A stretch of DNA of 63,737 nt, counting the filler, from Reclinomonas americana ATCC 50394 (taxonomy: Eukaryota), in the NCBI GenBank assembly GCA_048213135.1. It is 10 parts of 8 records of this genome, joined end to end, with 100 filler letters (N's around TTAATTAATTAA, not from the genome) between each part and the next. Parts side by side here need not be neighbours in the genome. Positions count along the whole stretch, not along the records: positions 46,078 to 57,561 come from PS015990.1; positions 57,662 to 62,227 come from PS015991.1; positions 62,328 to 63,737 come from PS015993.1; 7 more parts are not named here. The stretch is one strand, 5' to 3'. Positions 49,926-62,451 of the stretch are shown here, in pieces. Position numbers and translations under genes: made by a program. Numbering within the stretch: position 1 is the stretch's first letter; every line of letters begins with the position of its first letter. The notes beneath the pieces were generated by a model, which ran no database searches, was not told the DNA's origin, and worked only from the letters and a program-made list of their open reading frames with translations.

Positions 49926-50974
49926 GGGGCGGAGAAGTGAGAGAGGGCACAGAGCAGGAGAGATCTCTCGGCCGCAGACTCCATCTCTTTCTCTTCTCCG
50001 CTCTCCTCTCTCCTGCCTTCTTATCCCTCTCCATCCCTCGTGCTTTTTGCCCTCGCTCTCCCTCTCCCTCTCCTCTCCCCTCCCTCTCTCCTTTTATCTC
50101 TCTCTCTCACACACACACCTCCTCGCTCTCCTCCTCCCTCCTCTCTATTCTTCGCTCTGCTCCTCTCTCCGACCTTCCTATCCCTCTCCATTCGTCATGC
50201 TTCTTGCCGTCGCTCTCCCTCTCCCTCTCCTCTCCTCTCCTCTCCCTCTCTCCTTTTCTCTCTCTCACACACACCTCCTCGCTCTCCTCCTCCCTCCTGC
50301 CTTCTTATCTCTCTCCATTCGTCATGCTCTTGCCCTTGCTCCCGCTCTCTCTCTCCTGTTCTCTCTCTCTCTCGCTCTTTCTCGCTTTCCTCCTCCCTCT
50401 CCCCCTCTCTACCACTCGCTCTCCTCTCTCTTGCCTTCTATCTCTCTCCCACACTTCCTCGCTCTCCTTCTCCCTCCTGCCTTCTTATCCCTCTCCATTC
50501 GTCATGTCTCTTGCCCTCGCTCTCCCTCTCCCTCTCCCTCTCCCTCTCTCCTTTTCTCTCTCTCTCTCTCGCACTTCCTCGCTCTCCTCCTCCTCCCTCC
50601 TGCCTTCTTATCTCGCCCCATTCGTCATGCTTCAAGCCCTCGCTATCGCTCTCCCTCTCTCTCTCCTTTTCTCTCTCTCTCTCGCACCTCCTCCCTCTCC
50701 CCCTCTCCCACTCTCTACCACTCGCTCTCCTCTCTCTTGCCTTCTTATCTCTCTCCCACCTCGTGCTTTTGCCCGTCCTCTCCCTCTCCCTCTCCCCATA
50801 CCTCTCCCTGTTGCTCTCCTTCCTCTCCTACCGCTCCTCCCTCACACCTCCATTCCTCGCAGTCCCCCCTTTCCCTTAATCCCCTCCCTCCCCTCCCCCT
50901 CCCTTCCCCTGCCTCTCCCTCACACCCTCCATTCCTTGCCGTTCCCCCCCTTTCCCTTAAATCTCCCTCAAGAC

Positions 50975-52594
50975 CTTTGCACGCGGTGTCGGCGACCGCG
51001 ATGGCGGCTCGGGATCAGGGTCAGCCTCCGGCAGCTTGACTTTGATCTTCTTCGCCTTGGCCTTTTCTGGCGGTGGTGTGGGCGGCGACGGCGGTGTGGG
51101 TGGTCTTGAGTGTTGCGCGGGCACGTTGAGACCGGCCAGCTGCGCCACGATCAAGATGAGTTGTGGCGACGACCAAAGGTGGCGAGAGAGCACAAACCTC
51201 GTTCTTGAGTTGCGCGATGCGCGACTCCAGCTCAAACACCTCGCGCTGCTTGTCCTGCCGCTCCTGCTCCATGCGTTGGAGCAGTGCATCGGAGCGCGTG
51301 AGTTGGTCGCTGCAGTCGCCGCTGAGCAAGAGAGGAAATGGCGGTGAGTGGAGGCGGCGCACACGCTATACACTCTGACAGCGACGCACACAAACTGCTT
51401 GAGGAGTTTTTCGTACGCCTTCTTGGTTCGATCCTGTGTGCGCGTGTGGAGAGTGAGCCACGCGAAAAACCATCCATAAGCAAGCAAAAAGACTCACCAG
51501 CTCGCTCTTGATAGACTCGCATTCGGGGAACATGCGCTTCAGTTCGCCCTGAATGCGGTCGCGCTCCTTGGTGAGCGTGGAGATTCTGAGTTGCAGCCCA
51601 CGGAACTCGATCTGCAGCGGCTCTAGGTCGCTGGCGGTGATGCTGGCCAGTTTCATCGCATTCATCTGGTGGTCACAGTCAGTGAGAGTGTGTCACTGGC
51701 TCTTCACACAAATGCACAAGAGCGGCAAGACTCCGCACGACAAAAAGTAGAGAGTGAGAGAAAGAGGCAGAGACAGAAAAGGGAAATGAGATGGAAGAGA
51801 GAGGGGGGGGGGGGGACAGAGTAAGTCAAAAAAAAGGCGTTGGAGCGACGCAAACCTGATCGCGTAGTTGTCGATTCTCATATCTCCACTCCTGCTCCCG
51901 CCGCTTCCACATGTCGATCAGCGTCGCCTCGTCCGCCACCTTCTTGTTGAATTTGGCCTGCCACAGCTCGACCTGCTGCTTCAGTGCCACGACTTGATCG
52001 ACCAGCTTGAAGACGAGCGGAAAGTCTTGCGGAGTGTGCTCACTGAGATGGCTCGGCAGCGCCTCGACCACATGCGACGACGAGGCCAGCTCCAGAATCT
52101 GTCCGCGCTTGTCGACGTGGGTGGAGAGGAAGGAGCCGAGGCCGCTGAGTGCCTCGTCGAGCTCCTCCTGTGCCTTTTTCGCCCCGCCGTCGTCGTCCTC
52201 GTCGTCCTCGTCGGTGGTCAGCGGCCGCTCGGACAGGCGCAGTGGGTAGCGCGGCTTGACGGCCGGACGAGGTGGGCTGGAGCGCTGCTCGGCGTCTTTC
52301 AGAAATCTCTCCAGTTCGCGTTGGGAGCTCTGTGGGGGGAGGGCAGGGGGTCACATAGGCGAAAGGGGGAGGGGGAGGAGGAGGAGGAGGAGTAGGAGGA
52401 GGGAAAGATTACCTTGCGAACTTCCTGTTGTTGTACGAGCTCCTCTTTCAGGCGGTAGACGGCCTGAATGGCCAGGTTGGCGTCCTCCTCGTGGGTCTCC
52501 TACAAGGGGGAAGGAGAATTAAGAAAAGGGAGAGTAAAAAAGGGGAAGAAAATGAGAACAGTGGGGACATAAGTGCCAAAGCGGAAACTGAGGG

Positions 52595-52631
<37 letters not shown>

Positions 52632-53376
52632 AGTGGGTACTGTCGGAGAATAACGAACTGCGAGGCCTGGCAGGGTGAGATCATCTCTCTTTCTTGTTTC
52701 TTCCCTCTCCTTCCCCTCCAACGCAACAATTTCCACCAAATCCTCCACCGACACCACCGCCAGCTTCCTCAACAACTCGCACACCTCACTCAGGTGCGAG
52801 TCAATGGCCAGCTCGCGATGCAGCGGCGAGCAGAACTGCACGAGATTGCACTCGTGACACGGAATATCAAAGGCATGCTCGTGCGGAATGATTTCGTAGC
52901 ACAGCTCGCACACGCCCTTCATCTCGTACTCGGTGAGTGCGCGCTCAATCAGCTGGCCGCGCTGATCGCTGCGCAGCTGCGAGTACTTGGTGACACCGGC
53001 TTTGAGGAAGTCGATGAGGTTGGCGAGGTGCTCCGAGGCCTGAGAGAAGGGGGAGGAGAAGGGGGGGAAGGGGGGAGGGGAGAGGGGGAGGGGAGGAAGG
53101 AAGGAAGGGAGTGAGTGGGGGAGTGGGGGAGTGAGTGAGTGAGTGAGTGAGTGAGTGAGTGAGTGAGTGAGTGAGTGAGTGAGTGAGTGAGTGACCGAGT
53201 GAGTGAGTGGGCGAGTGAGTTAGTGAGTGATTGAGTGAGTGAGTGAGTGAGTGAAGGAGTGAAGAGAGTGATCACCAGTGTAGTGATCATATCAGCGATC
53301 CAGTGATTAATGCATGAAGGCGACGACTTATCCACCATCTCACCCTTCTCTCTGTCTCTCACACACACTCACACTC

Positions 53377-53437
<61 letters not shown>

Positions 53438-54001
53438 TTCTCTCTCTCGCTCACTCGCTCACTCGCTCACTGTCTCTCATTCTTCTTATGCTTCCCTCTC
53501 TCTCTCTCAACTACTGCACTCATGATCACTCATTGCACTCACTCTCTCTCCCTCCCTTCCCCTCCCTCTCCCCTCTCTCACCTTTCTCTGTGCCACCGAG
53601 AAATACGACTCAATCTGCGCTGAATTGGAGGCGCCACTCTGCGCCTTCACTGCCTCACGCAGCGCAGCGAGTCGCAGCAAGCACACTCGCAGTGCATCGT
53701 ACACTGCTTGAGGTGCCTCCGACGGCATCTGAGAGAAAAGAGATTGTGTCCGGAGTCGGGAAATCCGGGACGACGACGACGTTGATGGTTTGCATCTCTT
53801 TCTCTCTCCAGTGCACAAGAGGATCGCTAAGAGGAACAGGGAGCGGTATGTGTGTATGGTTGGCGAAAAACGTTGGCAAGCGTTGCGAAGGAGGATGTCG
53901 CGCACTGATCGCGACGTCCGGACCCCCTTGTAGACGCACCTGCCGGTCCTATACTTGGGCTGTCGCAACGCTGCCGATGAGCGATAGTTGTTGTTAGGCA
54001 T
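50975..54001 (-). CDS. Hypothetical protein with a MYND-like Cys/His cluster and long coiled coil
   Basis: Exon ~52700-53040 reads CELC..PCHECNLVQFCSPLH..H..VCELL. Heptad-rich exons lie at 51200-52330, followed by a Pro-rich PPTPPSPPTPP segment. The putative start MPNNNY is at 54001. Confidence 0.55.
53110..53260. repeat. (GAGT)n intronic microsatellite; long (CT)n/(GA)n tracts also at 121-187, 17450-17574, 40027-40190 and 45860-45977, and (GAT)n at 36664-36758
   Basis: Directly visible simple repeats. Confidence 0.95.
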
Positions 54002-54369
54002 ACTGAGGTTTCTGAAAGGTAGACCGATCAGGAGCCGGCGCCAACTCGTATCATTTCCAATGCACTTCGAATTCGCGCGTGGACAAGAAGTTGTTGTTGT
54101 CGTTGTCTATGGAGAGGAGTGTGTATATACATGTGGATGCTGTAGTTGTCGTCGGCAAGCGACTTGTCGCTATCGAAATGTGGCAAATGGAGTGCTTGCT
54201 TTGCTTGCACCACACAATTAGATCTCGATCAGCGGTCGTGTGCACGGTCGTGTGCACGACACACTCGATCTACAGCAGACGTAAAGTCATCACCGCGTGG
54301 GCTGGAGAATGTCGCAAACTCGCCTTGTACAATTGCACCTTATCGCTCTCCGCATCACAGCCCGGGCCA

Positions 54370-57300
54370 CTAAGCAATGACCCTTGTAAACTGTCCACAA
54401 ACCTCGCGCACTGAGCGCAGCGCATCGAGAACCTCCTGTGCCGTCGGTCGATCGCGACGCATACTCATGCATCGCATGCCAATGGCAAACATGGCTTCGG
54501 CAATACGCGGTGCCCACTGCACGCCGTCGGCACTGTCCACCAGCTCCATGACGCGCAACGAACCCGGCGACTCGTCCCACNNNNNNNNNNNNNNNNNNNN
54601 NNNNNNNNNNNNNNNNNNNNNNNNNNNNNNNNNNNNNNNNNNNNNNNNNNNNNNNNNNNNNNNNNNNNNNNNNNNNNNNNNNNNNNNNNNNNNNNNNNNN
54701 NNNNNNNNNNNNNNNNNNNNNNNNNNNNNNNNNNNNNNNNNNNNNNNNNNNNNNNNNNNNNNNNNNNNNNNNNNNNNNNNNNNNNNNNNNNNNNNNNNNN
54801 NNNNNNNNNNNNNNNNNNNNNNNNNNNNNNNNNNNNNNNNNNNNNNNNNNNNNNNNNNNNNNNNNNNNNNNNNNNNNNNNNNNNNNNNNNNNNNNNNNNN
54901 NNNNNNNNNNNNNNNNNNNNNNNNNNNNNNNNNNNNNNNNNNNNNNNNNNNNNNNNNNNNNNNNNNNNNNNNNNNNNNNNNNNNNNNNNNNNNNNNNNNN
55001 NNNNNNNNNNNNNNNNNNNNNNNNNNNNNNNNNNNNNNNNNNNNNNNNNNNNNNNNNNNNNNNNNNNNNNNNNNNNNNNNNNNNNNNNNNNNNNNNNNNN
55101 NNNNNNNNNNACCACGGAAGTGTCAACCAGGTGGCTTGCTCTCGTAAGAGAGGAAGCCTACAGAAGCAAGGAACTGAAGGAGAGGACACTACAGTTATGG
55201 ATTGTCCTCGACTTCGTGTTCCGCAGCTCAACACTTCCATCATGGACCATTCGCTCACCGTAACCACGGGCTGGCTTGTGACCAACTGCACCAGCAGCAT
55301 ACCCATGCTGTACACGTCGTGCTTTGGCAGCGGGCGCCGGGCACGGAGGGCCAGCGGGTCCAAGTAGTCGAGCGTGCCAGCGGCGACGGTTGACTGTCGC
55401 GATTGGGAGACGAGAGAGTGAGAGGCGTTGAAATCAAAGGCAGAAGGTGATGCGCAACAAACCTTACCACCCGCAATCGATCGGGCTATGCCAAAATCAC
55501 CGAGACATGGCTCAAGGTGTTGGTCGAGAAGGACATTAGCGGGCTTGATGTCGCGGTGCACAACCTCGTTCTGCAAAGGTTGGTGGCGAGTGAGACAAGG
55601 TAAGAAATGAAGGGGGAGAAAAAGAGAGCGGGAAGGAACGGAAATGACCTCGGCCAGGCGAACAACGCAAACCAACCTTGTGTAAGAACGCCACGGCCTC
55701 GGCCAGTCCGAGAGCAATCTGCACGCGCTGCACAACAGAGAGTGGTACAGGACCGGTACGAAGAAGCAAGAGATCTTCTAGGTTGGGAACTCTGCGTGTC
55801 CACATGAGACGTCGGCACTGTAAAACAGAGAGGGAGACAGAACGCACTGCAAGGCCTTGTACACGAGACAGCGTGCCTTGTTGTCGCCCACAGCATAGCC
55901 AACAAGGGGGATTATGCGACGGCCACGCAGACGACCGAGCGTGGAGACCTGGGAAGTCGACAGTGTGAATGAAGCGTTTTGTTCTATAATGAACGGACAT
56001 CACAATGGGTATTGAAACAAAGAATTGCGGTGGCATACCTCACTCTCAAACGACTCCATTGTCCACGGTGCATCGGGGTCGAGCACCTTGATGGCCACGT
56101 GCATCTCGCGAAGAGTGGTAATATACACAGCACCCTGGCCACCCTCACCAATCTTTAGGCGAGGTGCAAACGAGTCGGTGGCTTCGATGATCTCGGGCCA
56201 CTCGAAGCGTTGCACTGAGGTGTCCACTGCGAATGGCGTGACACAATGAATGTGTGACAGGAAGAAAAAAATGAAATACAGGCCGACGACGACAAGGCAG
56301 GTGCAGACCTTGAGCAAGGAGGATTTCCTGTTGCAGCTGGGAGACGAGGCGGTCTCTCTCTTCCAGTTCCCGCTGCAAGACGGACAGCTGAGCAACGAGA
56401 CCGTCCTTGTCATGTACCGCGGCTGTCAACTCAGAGGCGATTCGATCTCGCTCGACCAGCAGGCGTGCGACTTGCTGCTGACTCTCCGCATGATCTCGTT
56501 GACAATCGGTGACGAAATCTTCAAGCTCTCGACGCTGTCGATTCCACTCTCGCCGCTGCTCGTCTCGCTCATGCTCTGAGGCAGCAAGATCGCGCTGAAG
56601 TTGAGCGATTTGGGCGTCCTTTTCGGCGAGCTGTGTGGCATCGACAATGTCCTGCGTCCGCGCGATGGGTTGCAGGCGCACGTAAGAGACAAAGCGATGT
56701 AGAGGCGAGCCGGCGCAGAATCAAACCTGGTTTGCTGCTGTGTATGTCGAGCAAGGCGACAAAGAACGGAACACACATGGACGAGTGTGAGCGGGAAGCA
56801 ACCGCCACAACAAAACGAATACAAGAGCGCACCGAGACTTCCAGGCGGCGGAGAAGGAGGATGTAGCTGTTGTAGCTGTTGTTGAAGTGCAGAATGCTCT
56901 CGTTCGAGGCGCTTGAGCAGCTTGACCACGCGCACCTGTTTATGGTTGCGTGCCACCTCGACCGCCGTCTTGTCTTCCCAGTCGACCATGGGAATGAGGT
57001 CGGGATGGCGAGAGGCGAGCAGTTGCACGATGCCTTCGTAGCCTTTTGCAGCGGCTAAATGCAGCGCAGTGCACAGATCCTCGTCGACTGCCCTCACCAC
57101 CTCCGGCGGACATCGTCGCCCGTCGGCGAGTAACCATTCCACCACCTGCAAATACCCGCCGGCGGCAGCCACCATTAGCGGCGTCCGACGAAGACAGTCG
57201 ACCACGGAAACGAGGTCGGGATAGCGGCTGACGAGAAGATGCACAAAGGCTTCGTGGCCGTTAGAGGCAGCCCAATGCAGCACATTCTGAAAGCCGGCCA

Positions 57301-57561
57301 CTGCTGCACGAACTACCTCCTGCAAACAGTGATGCTGACCGGAAAGCATGGCTTCCACCAGGCGCAGATGCCCACCTTCAATAGAGTGATGCAGAGGCGT
57401 CCGACCTTGCTTGTCGACCACGGAAACGAGGTCGGGAAAGCGGCTGACGAGAAGTTGCACAACGGCTTCGTAGCCTTTTGCAGCGACCACATGCAGTGCA
57501 GTGCCGGTATCAGTGCTGACTGCCCGCACCACCTCGGGCGGACATCGTCGCTCGTCGGCAA
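54370..57561 (-). CDS. Ankyrin-repeat + coiled-coil + IRAK/Pelle/RLK-like protein kinase (5' truncated by gap)
   Basis: ANK repeats (GRTPLHH, TALHLAAAKG). Kinase motifs: RFEWPEIIEATDSF..KIGEGGQGAVY, VAIKVL, LVGYA..CLVY, QRVQIALGLAEAVAFLH, HRDIKPANVLLD, GDFGIAR, GTLDYLDP, DVYSMG, RC..DRPT. Confidence 0.85.
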
Positions 57562-57672
57562 NNNNNNNNNNNNNNNNNNNNNNNNNNNNNNNNNNNNNNN
57601 NNNNNTTAATTAATTAANNNNNNNNNNNNNNNNNNNNNNNNNNNNNNNNNNNNNNNNNNNNAGGTAGTAGAC

Positions 57673-57710
<38 letters not shown>

Positions 57711-57789
57711 TACATACATACATACACACTCTTTCTCTCTCCAACTCATACCTCTCCCCTGCATGCCTGTGTTTCACTCTTTCTGTGCT

Positions 57790-58440
57790 TCCGACATTCG
57801 TGTGTGTGTTTCTGCCCTGGCCGATGATCGTCACGTGGTGATGTCTTCCGTTCGTGAGGCGCAGCTGGTGCTGCATCTGTCCAAGCGTTTGGCCGAGTGG
57901 ACTGGCATTGCCGACAACCCGCAGAAGTCATTGGTGTTGGCTCTGGTCCAATGCAGGCGCAGAACTTTGTAGCGGAGGAGTTCGATCCCGAGCTGCTGAT
58001 GGCTGGCACTGCGTTGCGATCCATGTCATCTGTCACTGAGTGCGATCGTTGGCTTGGCTACCGGTACCCGTTCTACTCACCGACTCGTACAAGTGAGGCG
58101 AGGAAGCAAGTGACGAAGATGCTGGAGAAGCAGCTCCACTCCGATCAAGGCCATCAAGCAGTCGTCGTTGTTGCCGCTCCAGAAGGTGGATGCCGTTCGC
58201 CGCTTCGTCCTCACCAAGGCCACCTTTGTCATTTCGGCCGTGGAGCTCCAGTCGGACGCGCTCGGCAGATTCGACCGCAAGATCCGCGACAGCATCCGAC
58301 TCTGCCTTGGCCTCGACAACGACTCCGGCACCCCCTTCCTTTTCCTCTACACTCCGCTGTCGAAAGGTGGTCTCGGCCTGTACTCTGTGGTGGAGCGAGC
58401 GGCCTCTCTGTTGATCTACTCTGCGCGTGGTGAAGCTGTT
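57790..58440 (+). mobile_element. Decayed non-LTR retrotransposon, RT C-terminal/thumb fragment (R2/RLE-like)
   Basis: ALADD..EAQLVL..AEWTGIADNPQKS resembles the RT xADD..G...N..K region. After frameshifts it continues PLQKVDAVRRFV..FDRKIRDSIRLCLGL..FLYTPLSKGGLGL, the typical post-RT P..GGLG motif. Confidence 0.7.
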
Positions 58441-60599
58441 GACACACCGCCGACTGCTGACTCGTCGTGTGGCGGAGCACATGCTCCACTGCTCGGTGAA
58501 GGCGGCCGGTGGTCGTGTTGACGACTTCTCGCCGTTGCCGACTGCTGGTTTGGTGGCCAAGTACCGGCAGACGAACGAGGTCAAATGCCAGCAGCTGCCA
58601 GTTGCCACGCCACAGCGGTATTTCTCTGTGTGTTTGTCTCCTGTTGCTCCTCCAGCTGGTGCTGCTGCGGTTGCTCCTGGTGCAGGTACTCGGTTTCAAG
58701 TGGCCGCTGATCCGAGTGCTCCTCGCCGCGCTGTTCGTTCCAATCTGAAGGGTGGTGTTGCTCTCGGGCACGCTCTGAGGGTGTCAGTGTGGAGGTGCAT
58801 CCGGCTGCTGGTGCTGCTGACCAGGCTTGGCTGTGATGCTGTGTTTCCCTTTGCCGTGTTCGCGTGCATTACTCAGTGAAACCTCATTCTCTGTTTATCT
58901 CACTGGTCATGGAGCTGAGCCCGATCCCGCTTAACCCGGAAGCGTATCTTGAGGGGCTCTCCGTCCGCCCCAGGCAACTTGAGCAACAGACTGAATGCAG
59001 CTGGCTGTGGCTGCAGGTCTTGCGGCCAGCAAACGACCGTTGTCACGAACGAAAACCGGCCCCCGCCGACGGACATTGTGTTCCCTGACCGCACGTGCGG
59101 AAACGGGGATATCGAATGCTCGGCCGCAGAGGAGTGGAGTACAGCCTTGGAAGTTGATGCGGCTGCTCCTGCTGCTGCACTGGAAGAGTCGGTGCCCGTG
59201 GTCAACGGCAAGCTTGCGATTGTTGACGATGGTTGCCCGCACCACTGCAAGGAAAGTCATCAGTGAGAGGAAGACTGCAGAGTCTTGAGCCGACCCAGTT
59301 GCGTCACTCGCCTCCACACTCGCAACGAGGCACTTGCCTCGCTGATAGGTCCGCATATTTGCATCAAGTCGCGGAAGTAGCTCGTAGCCGACCAAGCCAG
59401 CGCCGAGAAGTTGTGGACCCGGAAGAGTAATAATGCCGTCGCGATCGCGTTGAAGAACCTGGTGTCTCAGTTGGCTGCCGAATCGGATGATGTCGAGACC
59501 GCGGAGGGCATAGATCAGACACACGTCCACCTTATGTGAAACACGTGCAGCTTGAGCGGGTGCATCAAGCGGCCAGCGGTTTAGTTCTGCTGCGGCAGAC
59601 TGGACGCTGTTGAATTTCGCCAAGATTGTGCCTGTAACTCCCCGGCCGTGTGGTCAGCTGCTGCACAGCACTTGGGTGAACACAACAGAGCGCAGCACGT
59701 ACTTGCATCATCAGACGGCAGGTAGCGAGCGATACTGTGAAGAACGGTCCACGTTGTCGTCGAGTCGCTTTCCACGGCCACGGCCGTGCTTGCGCCAGCG
59801 CCAGCACCTTCGCTGCGACCACCGGCAAGAGCAGAGAGCATTTCATCAGCATCGCCGATTGACAACCCAAATGCCTGCCACAGAGATGCCGCTGCACATG
59901 GTCCAGGTATCGTAGTCGCTGAGTACAAAGAGGAGGAAGGAGGCAACTGCAAGTCGTGTTGCGCACCTTCTACAGTTTCCTCGGCGTACTGGCGAACTAG
60001 GGAAACAATGTCCACCTTCCGCCGCGACTGAAGGAAATGGTGCAGGCACAACAGGAGCGCAGAGTGCAGCTGCTGCTGCATTCTAGCCCAGAGTGTCCAG
60101 TCCTCGTCTCCTCCTTGCGACTGGTAAAGCCGACGGTGAATGAACTGGATCGACTCGACAGCTCCCTGGCGAGGAAAGCGCACACGTTAGTTTGGCTCGC
60201 TGCGCGATTCCAATTCAGTGCAAGAGAAGCGTGAGTATAGAACAGTGACAAACCCGCATGTCAGGGTTGGCAAGCAACCAGTACCGCTCATTCGGTATCG
60301 GTACATTGGTCTCGTCCGGTACACTCCTCGTCGGCATGAAGGACGCTGCAAGCAAGGCCTGGCAGCAGGCACAAAGATCCATCGAATGCGCGGCTTCATG
60401 GTCACTGAAGAGTTGCCGAAGGAGACCAGCGCGAGGAATCACTCGGCGCTGACTTGATAAATACCGGGCAAACCTGCCGATTGAGAACAATATCACCATC
60501 ACTGCTGAGATCACTGCATGGAATGTTACGGGCGCAGCAAACCTCCACGAAAGATCTGCAGCGTGCGTGCCGCTGAAGAATTCGGCGTCGCAACCCACA

Positions 60600-61726
60600 T
60601 CACGAAGATGAACGATGAACGACGCAGTGAGATCTTCCTGCAGGCGACGAACAATGCGACGAGTGACCCCAAAGAGCAGCCGGTGCAGGCTCGCACTGAA
60701 TGCCGCCGACAAGCTGGCACTGGATGAACCCTCGCTGTGCTCCAGAGCCGACGCCCTGGACCTCGTCACGCGTGCGTACAGTCAGTGAACAAAGTGGAAC
60801 GGTGGCGTTGCGTGTGTCCCCCACGCACCGGACTGCGGAGGCGGTGAATCTCGATCGCGGGGTGCACAGGTCGTACGCTGGATCTTCAGCGTCGGCGCCT
60901 CTGCCTAGCAGGTCGTCGTGATCACTCTCGCTGGCGTGAACACTGGTGCCGGCTGCAGCTTCCAACCACGAATGCCTTTCGAAATCTGGTCTTTCCATCT
61001 CGAATGTGATTTCGAAACTGCGCGTCGGTGCCGGACCCGTCACGTATTCTGGAAGGATGCCACTATCTGGGTACAGAACCAGGATGAAGAGTTCCAAGCC
61101 ACCAGGCAGGAGCGCCGGCTCGATCGAGGCACGGAATCGCCCGGCCTTCTGCACCTTGTCGGTGCGGAAAAAGCCGAAAGCAGAAAATGACGAGGAGTCA
61201 AACATGCAGTTGCCGCCGACGCGAATGCGCACGTGCTCATTCTCCTCCTCTTGTTCCCGCACCACCTCCTCGTCGACGCCTCCACCGCCAGCGCCTGTCG
61301 GCTCGTTTGCGCGCGGCCGCAAGATGATGTCCATAAAAATGAGGTTTCTGTCGTAATCCGGGGCTGCGCGGACTGCCACGCGTGTGGTGCTCTGGGGAGA
61401 GATGCTCGTCAGCAGCAGTGTTGAAACGAGGACATGTGTGGGCGAACAGCAAAGACGCAGGGAGAGCGGAAGTTCCTTATGTAAATGTCGGAAACCGAGT
61501 TTTTGGCGCGCAGCACCCAGAGAATGACAGTGGGCGCGTGTGCGTACACGTGTGCCACACGCACCATGAACGCGTCTCTGTGCGAAAGTTGCCGCAGTCG
61601 CATGCTCGCCGTGCTGCGCGAGCGGGCCTTGGTGTACAGCTCCTTCACACCACCGGCAACGTACTCCCAGGTGACCACATCTGGGTAATTGTCAAAGTAA
61701 ACATGCGCGCCGCAACAGCTTCCCAT
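60600..61726 (-). pseudogene. Unknown intronless coding-like segment interrupted by a frameshift
   Basis: ORF MGSCCGAHVYFDNYPD.. stops at 61409 while another frame continues to 60600 (259 aa in the track). No family recognised. Confidence 0.3.
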
Positions 61727-62451
61727 GGCGCGCGCGCTGAGGCCTGATATTACAAAAAAACACGAGCGAACCAACGAAATGGCCGTCCGACAGCAAATTT
61801 GTTGAACACCACTCGCTCACTCGCTCAAGGCCGCGCACACGATGCGTACCATCCCGTGCTGGTCCGAGGAGCCCTTTGTTGCGTACCTGTAACCACGCAC
61901 ACACACAAATCATAACAAACTGTCGGTTGTTTGTGTGCGTGTGTGTCATGGCGCGAAAATGGCGTTTGTCAAACTCACACACTCTCTCTCTCTCTCACTC
62001 TCTCTTTCTTCAGCTCGAGCGTGGCGAGACAAAGAAGCTGCCTATCAACGATGTGGCTTTCAAACCCGGTGAGCAGACAGAGAGAAAGAGAGCAAACAGA
62101 CACAGTGATTGTCATCTCTCTCTCTCTGTACCGGCCAAGGCGATGTACGGTACTGACAGTAAGTCGCTCGTAGCCGACCAAGCCAGCGCGAGAAGTTGTG
62201 GACCGAGAGTAATAATGCCGTACGACGNNNNNNNNNNNNNNNNNNNNNNNNNNNNNNNNNNNNNNNNNNNNTTAATTAATTAANNNNNNNNNNNNNNNNN
62301 NNNNNNNNNNNNNNNNNNNNNNNNNNNCTTTCCCCTTTCTCCCCCTTTCTCCCCCTTTCTCCCCCCTTTCTCCCCCCTTCCTCCCCCTTTCTCCCCCCTT
62401 CGTCCTCCCCCTTGTCTCCCCCTCACTTCCCCCCTCCCCTCGCCCTTCACA

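Noticed and set aside
59381..62220. ~55-bp repeat at 59381-59438 and 62167-62220 as possible LTR or terminal repeat
   Set aside because: The second copy lies at a contig end with homopolymer-shortening errors. It cannot be told apart from a low-quality read tail or collapsed repeat.
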